Assembly (NCBI RefSeq): GCF_006345805.1
Contig: NC_043001.1
Location: 133,424,001-133,488,000 of the forward strand
Source of the DNA: Octopus sinensis
Taxonomy: Eukaryota
Length of the DNA stretch: 64,000 nt
Direction: 5' to 3'
In this document: positions 24,635 to 37,900 of the stretch, one piece after another
How the letters are laid out: each line of letters begins with the position of its first letter
Numbering within the stretch: position 1 is the stretch's first letter
Made by a program: the position numbers and the translations under genes
The notes under the pieces: generated by a model
Told to the model about the DNA's origin: nothing
Databases searched by the model: none
The model's input: only the letters and a program-made list of their open reading frames with translations

Positions 24635-24928
24635 GGTGGGAGAAATCCGGAATGTTAAAATATTTTTACAACATTTAGTTTTCTGCTTTTTAGTTTGATA
24701 TTTTCATCTGTTAGTTTGAGAAGTTTTGAAATATATAATTGACCGAGATGTGAGATAAGATCTCACAAAAAGGTGGCATGAATCCCCGCCACGGGAGGTC
24801 AGCTGAACTTAAGCATTTATCAAACTAATATTAATCATTTACAAGTTCTGTTTGTTGTCTTTTTTCTGCATCACATAATTATATATAATTAACTTCATTG
24901 TTTCCTACGTTGAGTATGTTAACGTTGG

Positions 24929-25316
24929 TGGAGGCGCAATGGCCCAGTGGTTAGGGCAGCGGACTCGCGGTCATAGGATCGCGGTTTCGATTCCCAGACT
25001 GGGCGTTGTGAGTGTTTATTGAGCGAAAACACCTAAAGCTCCACGAGGCTCCAGCAGGGGATGGTGGTGATCCCTGCTGTACTCTTTCACCACAACTTTC
25101 TCTCACTCTTACTTCCTGTTTCTGTTGTACCTGTATTTCAAAGGGCCGGCCTTGTCGCTCTCTGTGTCACGCTGAATATCCCCGAGAACTACGTTAAGGG
25201 TACACGTGTCTGTGGAGTGCTCAGCCACTTACACGTTAATTTCACGAGCAGGCTGTTTCGTTGATCGGATCAACCGGAACCCTCATCGTCGTAACCGACG
25301 GAGTGCTTCCATTCCA
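24929..25316 (+). mobile_element. SINE family A
   Basis: TSD atgttaacgtt. Confidence 0.92.
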
Positions 25317-25485
25317 TGTTAACGTTAACTGAACCATTGTTTTTAATGTTCCATGAATTTATATGTTGATTCTAACATCGGTTGTTTTTCATGCGGTCGG
25401 CGTCACAGAGAAATTTGTTTTTCTACTTCATCTAACGCATACACGTGTACACTTTCTTAGAGATTCTTTCATTATTCTATAAGTA

Positions 25486-25870
25486 TGGAAGCACTCCGTC
25501 GGTTACGACGACGAGGGTTCCGGTTGATCCGAATCAACGGAACAGCCTGCTCGTGAAATTAACGTGTGAGTGGCTGAGCATTCCACAGACATGTGTACCC
25601 TTAACGTAGTTCTCGGAGATATTCAGCGTGACACAGAGAGTGACAAGGCCGGCCCTTTGAAATACAGGTACAACAGAAACAGGAAGTAAGAGTGAGAGAA
25701 AGTTGTGGTGAAAGAGTACAGCAGGGATCACCACCACCCCCTGCCGGAGCCTCGTGGAGCTTTTAGGTGTTTTCGCTCAATAAACACTCACAAAGCCCGG
25801 TCTGGGAATCGAAACCGCGATCCTATGACCGCGAGTCCGCTGCCCTAACCACTGGGCCATTGCGCCGCCA
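25486..25870 (-). mobile_element. SINE family A
   Basis: TSD tctataagta. Confidence 0.92.
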
Positions 25871-26019
25871 CTCTATAAGTATATATGCTTAGTGAGTCTT
25901 CTTTTATTCTGTCAGTACAATGAAGTCTATGTTTTGCTAAGGAGATCTAATACAAACTAAACATGTTCGAAACTATCTTCTGTAGATTCCGTATTTAGAC
26001 AATTAGTTAAAGACAATAT

Positions 26020-26235
26020 TGGTTTCACATTTTGGCACAAGGCCAGCAATTTCGGGGGACGGGGCAAGTCGATGACATCAACCCCAGAGCTCAACTGGTA
26101 CTTATTTTACCCCGAAAGGATGAAAGGCAAGGTCGACCTCGGCGGATTTTGGACTCAGAACGTAAAGTCGAACGAAACACCTCTAAGCATTTTGTCCGGC
26201 ATGCTAACGATTCTGCCAGCTCGCCGCCCTTAGTT
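26020..26235 (-). mobile_element. SINE family B
   Basis: Reverse complement of head, core and tail. Confidence 0.75.
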
Positions 26236-26411
26236 AAAGACAATATCAATTTCTTTATTGCCCACAGGGGACCAAACAGAGATGGGACGATACAGATGAA
26301 GGAGAGGTCGATTCTGATAAACAAAACAAATACACATACAATGAAGTGGGGCGGGTTTTGCCTCGACCTCGCAAGCCCCATGTAACTTTCAGTATAACCT
26401 TATGGATATAC

Positions 26412-28735
26412 TATGTGGGTTCATTCATTTGCAACAAACTCGCCACAGCCTTCCATCTTTTTCCATATACATCAGGTGACAGGCATTTTCTCTCCACCTT
26501 TATTTTCCTTTTAAGGTGGTAAATGAGGTAATGGATCAGTCCAAGGCTGGAGATGAAGGTGCCTATCACGATTCCTTTCACGCGGGTCTTCCATACCACT
26601 TCTTTCGCTACAGCGACCACAGCGAGAAAACAAGCCTTGCCTTCTTTGTTAAAAGAGGAAGGAGGAAAATCTTTACAATCGGCTCGGAAGACAGTTGTAC
26701 TCTTCCCAGAGGTGACAGTAGATGTTCAATGTAAACCCACGTCTCAGAGATTTTGGGGCATTGCACAATTGCGTGCAGAACGATTTCCCCGTCCTGCTCG
26801 CATCTTGGGCACCTGGGTGAACAATGGGCACCATGCCTTGCAAGTTTATCGCGAAGTGGTAAGGCTCCTCGGTAACACTGCCAGGTCAGGGATTGTTGGA
26901 AGTTGTTGGGAGGCATCGTCTTGCTTCTCCAGATGCCGAGCTGAAAACCGACTGATTTATCCTGGTTAACTTTTGCTCCTACCACTTCCTCGTAACCCTT
27001 AATGGCTTTGCCTACCCTCTGTAGATGTACCATCTCGGACACGATGATGGTGATGTCATCCGTGTCGTGTACGCCGAAACCTTACTACTGCAACCTAGAT
27101 CGTGTGGGACGCCCCTCAAGCCCTCTAACTTCCGCAGTAAGAGCTCCAGAGCCAACACATACAGAAGTGGGGAGATGGGACACCTTTGACGAACAGATCA
27201 CTTGATCGAGACAACGTTGCTATCTAAAGACGGAAGACGGGGCCAAGCCCGAACGCTGCGAGGACCTACACCGGATATTGATGGTCAACCCTGTCAAAAG
27301 CTTTAGACCGGTCTAAATGGACCAGCGCCCCACCCTTGCCAGGAGACCCGTCAACCCTCTCTAGGGTGTAGCGCAGAAGGTGGAGAATGTCGTGTATGGA
27401 TCTGCCAGGAACGGCACAAGTTTGTGCCTCCCCGACGATTCCACCCACGATATGCGCCAACCTTTCTGCTAACACCTTGACCAAAATCTTCAAATCTGTG
27501 TTAAGCAGAGTGATGGGCCTGAAATTATCTATAACATCCCCCTTGTTTGGGTCCTCTCTAAACAGCGTCACCACTCCCTGGCTCACAGATCTGGGTATAA
27601 AACCATTCTGAAGACGCATGCCAGTAGGTGCCCAAACAAGTCTGGCGCACTGTTATAAATCTCATTGGGGAGACCATCTAGTCTCGGCGACTTGTCCCCG
27701 CCGCAGTCCGACAAAGCTTCCTGCACCTCCGCAGCGTTGATCGGTGCTTCACAGCACTCTGCTTCCCGCCCCGAGAGACGTGGCACGTCAGCGAAGAAAT
27801 CCGTGATGTTTCCCCAACATTCCGGCCTGCCGCCCCTCCCGAAAAGCAGGCCGAAATGCTCCTGAACGACCTTACACATCTCGGGTTCGTTACCAATTTC
27901 CCTTGACTATACGTCAAAGACCTTATGGTGCCATTATTTCCACACTGGGTCTTTATCACACGGGCCCATCCAGCAGCTTAGATTCCTTCCCGTTCCATTG
28001 CACATTGCTTAGCCCTAACTACGCATCCTTCGTTTTTAGCTTCGAGGCGATGGTTAAGCGCCATTCTCGCAGCTAAACTCGGGTCGCCGAATCAGATTCC
28101 AGTGCTTCATCTAGGGCCCTAACTAAACCCCTTTCTACTCTATTTTTCTTAGCCACTAACTCTTTGCTATACCTAAGAGATTCAAATGGTATGGCTCTTT
28201 TGACGGTATACCACCATTTGTTGTTAATCATGGCATCCCACAGTGCCCTCAACACTAACTGTCTAATCCGACTCCTGTACTCCACATGAGCCCAAAGTGA
28301 CTTATTGAGTTTCCAGTAGCCGGCTCCCTGTCTATAGGTCACACATTTGTGATCACTATAGCTGACATAGTGAAATTGTGGACGACTAACTAGGTTTTGT
28401 GTATTTCCCTAATTAGAATCCTGTCTAAATAAGATCTAGATGACCCATCGCTATTGGAGCATCTGGGACATCTAATCTATACCTATCTGCCAGCTGAAAT
28501 CGACTGAGCAGATCACTGAAACACGTTGTGTACGCGTGGATCGCAGATTACGTTAAAGTCACCTAACATTACTATGGTGTGAGACGTCCCAAGAAACTTC
28601 TCCAGGTTTCGAAAAAACTCAGTCTGTCCCAGTTCCCGGGGAAGATAGTTCTTGTCTCGAAATCCATATGTTTTCTGGGCAGTACAGCGACACCTCTCCC
28701 TCCTCCAGGTAGGCATGGAGAAATAAATTTCTTGT
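26412..28735 (-). mobile_element. Degenerate L1/Tx1-clade LINE ORF2 (APE, RT, zinc finger), internally deleted
   Basis: MLGDFNV, GYWKLN, DKSPRLDGLPNEIY, NFRPITLLNTDLKIL, KAFDRVDH, CPRCEQDGEIVLHAIVQCP. Confidence 0.88.
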
Positions 28736-29174
28736 AACTGTTTAATATATATTGTTAGGTAGACTTTGTTAAAAACTTGTCGAACTTACAGTGGTTAGAA
28801 ATCTATTATTTTCTCTGGCGTTTAAAACCAGAAGAACTAACTTCTCTACTTTTTAGTTGGCTTTCACTAAATTTCAGTTAGGATTTTCTTCGCCTGCAGA
28901 CGAGGAGGGGCCAAGAGAGATTAGGTTGTGCGTATGATCGAAGGTTGAGCTGTGATGTAAGGTGACACCACACGCACTAAGATGGTTGAAGGAAAGACCT
29001 AGTAAATGAAAGATGCAATGGATAGTTCGATGTAGAAGCAAGACAGACGAGTAAAAGGTGGTTTAGGGTAAAAGTGTATAGGCGGCAGTCAATTTTTTTT
29101 CGTGCTTGATGGGCCATTTTAACGTGCTTTAAACTAAAACTCAACGTGTTAGCTAGCCAAAATTTGTTTGTATA

Positions 29175-29577
29175 CAGGCACAACTGTAGCTGTGCGGTTA
29201 GAAGCATGCTTCCCAATTATATGGTCCCGGATTTAGTCCCATTGCGTGGCACTTTGAGCAAGTGTCTTCTACTATAGCCCCAGGCCGGCCAAAGCCTTGT
29301 GAGTGGATTTGGTATACGGAAACTGAAAGAAACCTGTCCTATGTGTGTGTGTGTGTGTGTGTGTGTCTTTGTGCCTGTGTTTGTCCCAACACCGTCGCTT
29401 GACAACCGGTGTTGGTGTATCTCCGTAACTTAGCGGTACGGCAAAAGAGAGCGGTAGAATGAGTACCAGCTTACAAAAAACGAAAATACTGGGGTCGATT
29501 CATTCGATAAAAATTCTTCAAGCCGGTGCCCCAGCATGGCCGCAGTCTAATGACTGATAAAGTAAAAGATAAAAGAT
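29175..29577 (+). mobile_element. SINE family C, older copy
   Basis: Same blocks; aaaagat tail. Confidence 0.75.
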
Positions 29578-30367
29578 GCATATTGTTAGGTACGCTTTGT
29601 TTAAAACTTACACAATTTGTAGTGGATTTTCAAATAGTTGAGTTATTTAATGTTGGGCACATTAAATCAGTCTATAAAAAAAAATATTATTCCTTGTCTA
29701 ATAATGTTTTGGTTCTTTCGAGAGGAAAATAATGCTGACATAGTTAAGTAAACGCTAGTTAGAAATTGCTAGATTAGTTTGTTTATTAGTAAATTAAATA
29801 ATTTAACGGGGTTACATGACAGCAGGAGACTGCACAAACTAAAGCTGATGAAATATCAGAATATTTATGAAGTTTTGGGTAAATAGAAATATAAGAATAC
29901 TAGCTGACATACCCGGTAATTTCCGGAAAAGCGGGGCTTATTCCTTAGCTCCGTTCTCATTATTGTTTCGATAATCCAATAACAATAATACAAAGTATGT
30001 AGCCCTTAAAGCAGCTTTTGTGCGTTTACAGAGACTACCGAATTATCTTTCATAAGATCTTGTTTTTAGGAATTCCCAATAAGTTATGAATACCCAAATT
30101 GTGAAATCAGTTACGTAATAACATGAAATTAGTTAGCCGATAGTAAGAATTCAAATAAAGTAGCCCCGAAAAGGCTTTAACGCGTTCCCTGAGTATATAG
30201 AACTTAGAAGGAAATACCAATAAGGCATGTATACCAAAATCGTGAAGTATGTTACGTAATAACAGGCTAATCAAATATGAGATAATAACAATTCAATGTA
30301 AATAACTCTGAAAAGGGCTTTTGTGCGTTCCTAGAGAATATTACCCTCAGGAGCACTAGTGTTGAAA

Positions 30368-30750
30368 TGGAAGCACTCCGTCGGTTACGACGACGAGGGT
30401 TCCAGTTGATCCGAATCAACGGAACAGCCTGCTCGTGAAATTAACGTGTAAGTGGCTGAGCACTCCACAGACACGTGTACCCTTAACGTAGTTCTCGGGG
30501 ATATTCAGCGTGACACAGAGAGTGACAAGGCCGGCCCTTTGAAATACAGGCACAACAGAAACAGGAAGAAAGAGTGAAATAAAGTTGTGGTGAAAGAGTA
30601 CAGTAGGGATCACCACCATCCCCTGCCGGAGCATCGTGGAGCTTTAGGTGTTTTCGCTCAATAAACACTCACAACGCCCGGTCGGGAATCGAAACCGCGA
30701 TCCTATGACCGCGAGTCCGCTGCCCTAACCACTGGGCCATTGCGCCTCCA
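30368..30750 (-). mobile_element. SINE family A inside the Helitron
   Basis: TSD agtgttgaaat. Confidence 0.92.
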
Positions 30751-33258
30751 CAGTGTTGAAATAGATTTACAATGAAAGTAGGAACAGACTGACATTTAGT
30801 ATTACAGTAGACATACAAATAAATTTGCATATAGATTTTAAAATAAAAGGACATGTAGATTATCACTACATTTACAACACTTAGAAATATTACAGTTAGA
30901 TAATAAATGCCTGATGATTTGGTGAATCTTATTAAGTTTGCAGAGCCTCTTCATAAACAGATGATTAGGATTGCTGACTCTTGAGCATTCCACATAAAGT
31001 TGGCCATGGGATAAAACTGGTTCCGCAAGGTTCAGACTCACCACGTTCAAGGACTGGTCCTGGGCCTTTTTAATGCTCAGTGCAAAGCTCAGTTTCAACG
31101 GAAATTGCAGGCGCATGTACTGGAAAGTCATATCCGAGAGAACAAGTGGAATTCTAGGAATGAATACAGGCTCACCGCTTGCTTTACCAGTCAAAATTGT
31201 TGTCTCCAAGACTTGGCATCATCTCCTTTATCGGGTGCCATTGCAAAGCTTTGCTGGATCGAGGTTTCGAAGCAGCATAACTGGTGCCCCAACCTTGAGG
31301 TGCAAGTTGTGAGATGGGAGGCTGGGTGGTGTTAGACTATTCAAGAATTCAACCGGATAATTCACAGCTTCATTGATGTTGAATACAGCGTCAATGGAAC
31401 TGAAGATGTAACGCTCACCTGGCAACTGTTCCAGAAGTTTAAAGTTCAAATCATCAACTTCCACATTCTTTGGAGCTAAAATGGCATAGGTTTTCAGCTA
31501 GTTGTGGTCTGTAAACTGATTCCTCAGGTTAGGAAACACTTTATTCATTAGTTCCTTTAAATCAGATACCATATGTCCAAAAGGCAAGCTTACCCGGCCA
31601 TCCTTCTCGCCAACCGAAGTGCCATTACCAACGTCCAACAGTTACTTTGAAAAGGTTCTGTCTGCATCATCACCACTGAGCTACACTCTCACGTTGGTTG
31701 TGAGTCTTAGCTTTTGCACACTGCTCCATAGGTAGGACGACTTTATGCTGGCATTTACTTCATCAGCTCTTGTCCTCTTTGGAACCACGGGAAGGGTTTG
31801 TTTAAAGTCTCCTGCAAGCTAGACTCTGGCACTTCCCATGAGCCTAGTGATGTGTTTCAGATCCTGAAGGGCCATGTCAAGAGCTTCAAAAGAAACCGTA
31901 TGGCTCATTGTTGCTTCATCCCAGATGATCAACTTGCATTCACACAGAAGTTTGCCTTTTATAGAACCACGACTGATGTCGCAGATTGCCTTTTCTTTCT
32001 TGGATAGGTCCAAAAGGAATTTGAAACAGGAATGCGCTCTGCGGCCACCACATAGCAGAGCTGCAGCTATTCCTCTTGACGCCACTGCTATGTCAATGTT
32101 TCATTTGGTGCAGTTTAGCCAGAAGAAGGTTGATGACAAATGTTTTGCCAGTTCCACCTGGAGCATCCAAAAAGAAAAGACCTCCTCTTTCATTTTCAAT
32201 GTTCGAAATAATGGTATCATAAACACCCAGTTGGCCCTCCATCAGTTTGTATTCTTTATCAGCTAGATACGCCGTCATTTCCTCGATGTCATAGCTGATT
32301 TCTCACAGGTACTCAATTGCGAGATTGTTTGCTACCTGCTCCGGTTGAGGCAGACTAAATGTTGAATTGCCTTGACTTCCCATAGCTTGAACTCGGATGC
32401 AAGTAATGCCTCATTGACTCAGGTCAAATAATACATCATTGTAAATGGCGTTATTGAACGTGGAAATTTCCTCTGAGGTTTGCCTTTGAATCCTTTGTAG
32501 GATGTCCTCTGCCACGCTGGTTTTGTGTGTCGCCCAAAGCTTGAGAGGTTCACGCAAGCCACATATCATCAACATGATAGAAAATAGCTGGTGCAGTTGA
32601 CTTAGTGCTGTGCTGACTGCTGCTTCCTCCAGTGTCTGATCCCAGTCGGCATCGTCCTCCAGTAGTCCATATTTCTCTGTATGTTGTGCAGACTTCCCCA
32701 TTGTGTCTTCGAAAGTCTGTGAATGATGTAGAACCTCTGACAGTGTGCAGCAGTAGATGCAGAAATAATCACTCCTGCTGATTAGACCCCACTTCTGAAG
32801 ACAGCATATTCTTCCCAGCCCTCAATGCGTGTTCCTTGCTTGCGTCTGTTCCATCTATTCCGTGCCCAGGTATGGTATACGGAGACCTCTACATACAACA
32901 GTGTTCGGCCAAACAGATCACATTGACATAATTTGAAGAAATCCGTCAAAGTGGTTTCTGGTGGATTCAGAAGTACGTTTCGTGCATTGTCTTCTGTGAA
33001 ATATACACGCTGACCATTTTCAAGATATACAGATAGATATTAAGGTGTTCCTACATGTAAATAGAGTGTGATCTTTGTGTTGACAGTTCATTTGTCTAAA
33101 AGCAGAACAGTTCTTCATGCAGCGCTTGTCAATTGGCTGAAGTGACATGAAAGGCATCGTCATTCATGGTATATTCATGAATAAGTCACTAACCGAAATA
33201 AGTGGATCTATTGCTTAGAAAAATAACATTTATTTGTTTAAGGGTTATACTGGATAAG

Positions 33259-33643
33259 TGGAGGCGCAATGGCCCAGTGGTTAGAGCAGCGGACTCGCGG
33301 TCGTAGGATCGCGGTTTCGATTCCCAGACCGGGCGTTGTGAGTGTTTATTGAGCGAAAACACCTAAAAAGCTCCACGTGCTCCGGCAGGGGATGGTGGTG
33401 ATCTCTGCTGTACTCTTTCACCACAACTTTCTCTCACTCTTACTTCCTGTTTCTGTTGTACCTGTATTTTCAAGGGGCCGGCCTTGTCACTCTCTGTGTC
33501 ACGCTGAATATCCCCGAGAACTACGTTAAGGGTGCACGTGTCTGTGGAGTGCTCAGCCACTTACACGTTAATTTCACGAGCAAGCTGTTCCGTTGATCGG
33601 ATCAACCGGAACCCTCATCGTCGTAACCGACGGAGTGCTTCCA
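33259..33643 (+). mobile_element. SINE family A
   Basis: TSD atactggataa. Confidence 0.92.
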
Positions 33644-33937
33644 CATACTGGATAAATTGCGAAAATAACTCTAACAGTTCAAATACTAAGAAATAAACAT
33701 ACTCAACTTGATTTATACCAAATAATATAGGAAAATGAATGGGTTATTTCCCTTGGCTGTTAAAATAAAATGTGTGGGGCCCTAGCTATCTAATTATATA
33801 TTTTTCTTAAACTTCAATGAACTTAGTAACAAACTGGGTGTTACTTCAGCATGTTTGCAAAGTTTCATGAAAATTCGTTAACGGGTATAGACGGCAAACT
33901 TGACACAAACAGACAAACAAGCAGACAACTTTCTTTT

Positions 33938-34303
33938 ATCTGAAGTTGTCTGTGTATGGCAGGTTTGGTAGCCTTCAACTAACACTATCTCCTCCGAGAC
34001 CCTGCAGCGAAAGTTGACCAAAATTAAGAGTATGATAGAAGAAGGCTTGCTCTTCCTTCCGTTTTTTAAATCGGACAATGTTAACACCAAAAATTATTTA
34101 CATCAAAAAGGTGCTTTCTTTCTATGAAAATCCCTATTTTTTACGATTTTTTGACTGCTGTGTCGCCATTTTTCAGTGTATTTCAACCAGAAAAATGTTC
34201 ACTTAAAGAGAATAACAAGCAACATAATGCAAAATTTTTACTTTTCAAAAACTCCAATTCTAAACGGTCGAAACAAACCCGAGCAACGCCGGGCAATATT
34301 GCT
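33938..34303 (+). mobile_element. Non-autonomous Helitron (second small family)
   Basis: Ends aaacccgagcaacgccgggcaatattgctaa; 5' gaagttgtctgtgt resembles the other Helitron 5' ends. Confidence 0.65.
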
Positions 34304-34394
34304 AATATATGTATAAGATCTGGCATCTGGCATTATCGAATTCCAAAAGAGAAAATTAAATTTGATCATCTAACTCGATGGATAAAAATGGTTG

Positions 34395-34869
34395 AGAACC
34401 ATTTTTACCCATGGACCTCTTTCATTCCTATTTTTACTTGGGTGAACCCACATAATTATCCTATGTTTAAAAATATTTTATTATTTTTATAATTAAATAT
34501 TATTAGGAATTGTATTAAAAATTGTTAAAATATCTTGTATATTGTGGAAGTATAATCAATTTATTGCAGATAAATTTTCACAACAAAATCTTATATGGAT
34601 CTTTACTACCCACAAGGGCTAAACATAGAGGGGACAAACAAGGACAGACGAACGGATTAAGTCGCTTACATCGACGCCAGTGCGTAACTGGTACTTAATT
34701 TATCGACCCCGAAAGGATGGAAGGCAAAGTCGACCTCGGCGGAATTCGAACTCCGAACGTCGCGGCAGACGAAATACGGCTACGCATTTCGCCCGGCGTG
34801 CAAACGGTTCTGCCAGCTCGCCGCCTTGAAACGAATTTTCATATCCACCCTTTGGACTGAGAACCACTG
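34395..34869. mobile_element. Degenerate hAT MITE interrupted by SINE family B (about 34600-34827, minus)
   Basis: accatttttacccatggacc resembles the 2910 MITE; right end gagaaccactg. Confidence 0.5.
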
Positions 34870-34946
34870 ATCTAAGTCGAGCTCAATGTATCAGAATAAA
34901 TAAAAGAATAAAAAAGGGGAAATAAAGAAATAGTAGAGCGACTCAC

Positions 34947-35097
34947 TTTTCTTTTGTGGACTGATCCTTATTGACAACTGAGTTGGCAGCTGTAAGAAGC
35001 GGATATTTTTCACCACCATTGCATATTCCCTTGAAATCATCCAATCCAGCGTCCAAAACATCAAACCACCGTAATTGTTTTGCAGGGCAAAATTAGC
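34947..35097 (-). CDS. GH18 chitinase-like gene, last visible exon (ANFALQNNYGGLMFWTLD[L]DDFKGIC...YPLL), with an apparent 1-bp deletion
   Basis: Acceptor tttcccacag and donor gtgagt. The GG.M.W.LD.DDF.G.C...YPLL motif is restored by adding one T at 35043-35044. Confidence 0.85.
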
Positions 35098-36508
35098 CTG
35101 TGGGAAAGAATACCATTTGAATTAACATGATTTCAACATTGAGTTTCACATTGACATTATTAACGACATCAACAAGATTTTCCATTCATATCTAAATTGA
35201 TTTCTGCTTTCTCTGCTGAATTCACACAAACAATAGAGTACTAAACAAAATCGTTGTGTAAAATTTAGTTTGTTTTTTTTTTTTTGTCGTTACGTTCTGA
35301 GTTCAAATCCCCGCATGAGTCAGCTTTATTTTTTTTTCCCCCACAGGATTCGTTCTCTAAGTTAACAGGACTCCATACTACTCTACACACTTTTCTCTTG
35401 TTTTGTAGCACTTCTATATCTAAGACTCGCTGACTTGCTCTCCAAAGTGTCCCTGCAACATGTTTCTGTAATATTTATCCAACAATATTGAAGCAAAACT
35501 GCCTGTTAGCCCTCTGCGTATCATTGTACTGATGTACCACTGTATCTCACATCACTGTAGATTACATTATATCTCTATAGCCATGGATATGTATTTGTAA
35601 GCATGCGTATCTGTGTATGTGTAAGTGAGCGTATGTTTGTGCTTAAGCACATATATACACTACTGTATGTGTATGTATCCATTCGAACTTGTGTATTTGT
35701 ATACTTGTCTCCATATATGTCAATAATGCGGTTACACAGCTTGTATACATAATTTTTCTTATTTCGTTTTTTTCCCCACCCCTCCTTTTTCTTTTTTCCT
35801 TCCCCCTTCTTCGTTCCTTTCTCTCTCTCTTCCTTTCTTTCGTTTTTTTCTCTAACTGATACTGATGCAACTTTACGTCCCCCTTACTTAAGCTTTACTC
35901 AGTATATGAGAATCGCTACATCGATGATTTTAACTTGCGTGCGAGATAGATTGCGTGCATATATGTACGCATGCATTTATGTGTATATTTTAGATTTATA
36001 TTTATACGTCTGTATATGTATGGCGTTTGCACGCATCCTTCTGTGTATGTTGATATATATATGTACACTTTAATATAAATATGTATTGCAGTGTAATATT
36101 TATAATAGGTTTTAATTTCTATGCATTAATTATACTTTCTTCATTAACGTCAATATGTATTTTATTCAATGTAAGGTTTTTTCCTCGAATTTTATAATTT
36201 TTATAATTTTTTATATATATATATATATTTTTGAGCTTTTTTTGTTTATCGCTCGAAGATTGACCGTTATTTCTAAAGGGCCAATCAAACAAGTCCATTT
36301 TTTTTAAGGTGTAGCGTTTGTAAGAGTCTAGATTGAATTGATATATCGGTTCCATTCTAGCAAAAACTGTCTGATGAACGGCAACGAGAAAGTCAGAGTA
36401 ACAGATTTTGTTGAATTTTCTGCTGCTTTAAATAAAGCATATTACTCTACCACTGGTATTTGAGTACTCTTTTTTCCACCTTGTTTCACATTTATGTGTT
36501 TACTCCGG

Positions 36509-36566
<58 letters not shown>

Positions 36567-36734
36567 ACACTTAAAAAAGAGGAAATCCTTCACACATTTG
36601 CACACAGTTTTTCTGAAGTTATATCTTCTTATAATTCAGGTATTGTTAATTACAAGCTTAATATTGAAGTATCGCAACAGAAATTCTGGACTAACTCTAA
36701 TTTTAAATCTGCTCTTATAAAACTATGTACAAAC

Positions 36735-36845
36735 CTTCAACTTGACACTCTCGATGTTTTCGTAACCAATCCAATCATTGTCCACAGCAATAAAGGGGAC
36801 TCCTCTGTCTTCCATGAAAACACTTTTTTTTTCAAGTATACATGT
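36735..36845 (-). CDS. GH18 chitinase-like gene exon (TCILEKKSVFMEDRGVPFIAVDNDWIGYENIESVKLK); not in the ORF track
   Basis: Read by hand. Acceptor tacttcacag and donor gtttgt; 111 bp, phase 0/0. VP....W.GY.N..S..K motif. Confidence 0.88.
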
Positions 36846-36921
36846 CTGTGAAGTAAAAATAAAATAACAAGATTTTTTTAAAACACATACTCAATACAAA
36901 TACAACTGTTTCAGATATGGA

Positions 36922-37284
36922 TGGAAGCACTCCGTCGGTTACGACGACGAGGGTTCCGGTTGATCCGAATCAACGGAACAGCCTGCTCGTGAAATTAACG
37001 TGTAAGTGGCTGAGCACTCCACAGACACGTGTACCCTTAACGTAGTTCTCGGGGATATTCAGCGTGACACAGAGAGTGACAAGGCCGGCCCTTTGAAATA
37101 CAGGTACAACAGAAACAGGAAGTAAGAGTGAGAGAAAGTTGTGGTGAAAGAGTACAGCAGAGATCACCACCATCCCCTGCCGGAGCCTCGTGGAGCTTTT
37201 TAAGGTGTTTTCGCTCAATAAACACTCACAACGCCCGGTCTGGGAATCAAAACCGCGAATCCGCTGCCCTAACCACTGGGCCAT
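36922..37284 (-). mobile_element. SINE family A with head deletion, filling most of a 481-bp intron
   Basis: Body match; explains the hybrid 240-aa ORF 36970-37692. Confidence 0.9.
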
Positions 37285-37326
37285 ATACAAGAGTAATATA
37301 CCAATGAAATTAATATAGAACTTTAC

Positions 37327-37521
37327 CTCGTAGTAAGCTAGAAAGCCTTTGTCTTTTGTATATATTCCTCCATTTCCTTTACCGAAAGAAGGAAGACCTT
37401 CTTTTACACCTTTCTCAGGTGTATGCGATCCGGTGAAAAAACTGCGACCATAAAATGGTATACCGATATTAATCTTTTTCTTAGGAACACCAAGACTATT
37501 CCAGTAATGAGCTGTAAAGTT
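37327..37521 (-). CDS. GH18 chitinase-like gene exon (NFTAHYWNSLGVPKKKINIGIPFYGRSF...GFLAYYE)
   Basis: Acceptor tatttgcag and donor gtaaag; 195 bp. YW...G.P..K...G.PFYGRSF and GFLAYYE motifs. Confidence 0.93.
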
Positions 37522-37671
37522 CTGCAAATATAAATTAGTGCATACGAGAGGCAAGATTCGGAATAAAATTCTGGTATTTATGCGAAGAATATGAGAACGA
37601 CCAATGGGGGGGGGGGAGTTCAGAGCTGAAGCGTGCAACAAAGTACCAGAGATGGTACTTTGAAGGCGGTG

Positions 37672-37900
37672 AGCTGGCGGAAACGTTAGCACCCCGGGCG
37701 AAATGCGTAGCCGTATTTCGTCTGCCGCTACGTTCTGAGTTCAAATTCCGCCGAGGTCGACTTTGCCTTTCATCCTTTCGGGGTCGATTAAGTAAGTACC
37801 AGTTACGCACTGGGGTCGATATAATCGACTTAATCCGTTTGTCTGTCCTTGTTTGTCCCCTCTATGTTTAACCCCTTGTGGGTAGTAAAGAAATAGGTAT
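37672..37900 (+). mobile_element. SINE family B
   Basis: Full head and body. Confidence 0.88.

Larger units (their letters stand above)
29900..33938 (-). mobile_element. Helitron relic: helicase-coding part (about 30880-33050), 3' hairpin plus CTAG|T at 29900, probable 5' end near 33938
   Basis: ENGQRVYF..PPETTLTDFFKLC, FLDAPGGTGKTF, IIWDEATM, HLKVGAPVMLLRNLD..LCNGTR, RLQFPLKLSFALSI, SHGQLYV. No HUH Rep segment seen. Confidence 0.85.

Noticed and set aside
36970-37692. 240-aa ORF as a single-exon protein
   Set aside because: Chance read-through of intron, the true 195-bp exon and a SINE A copy.
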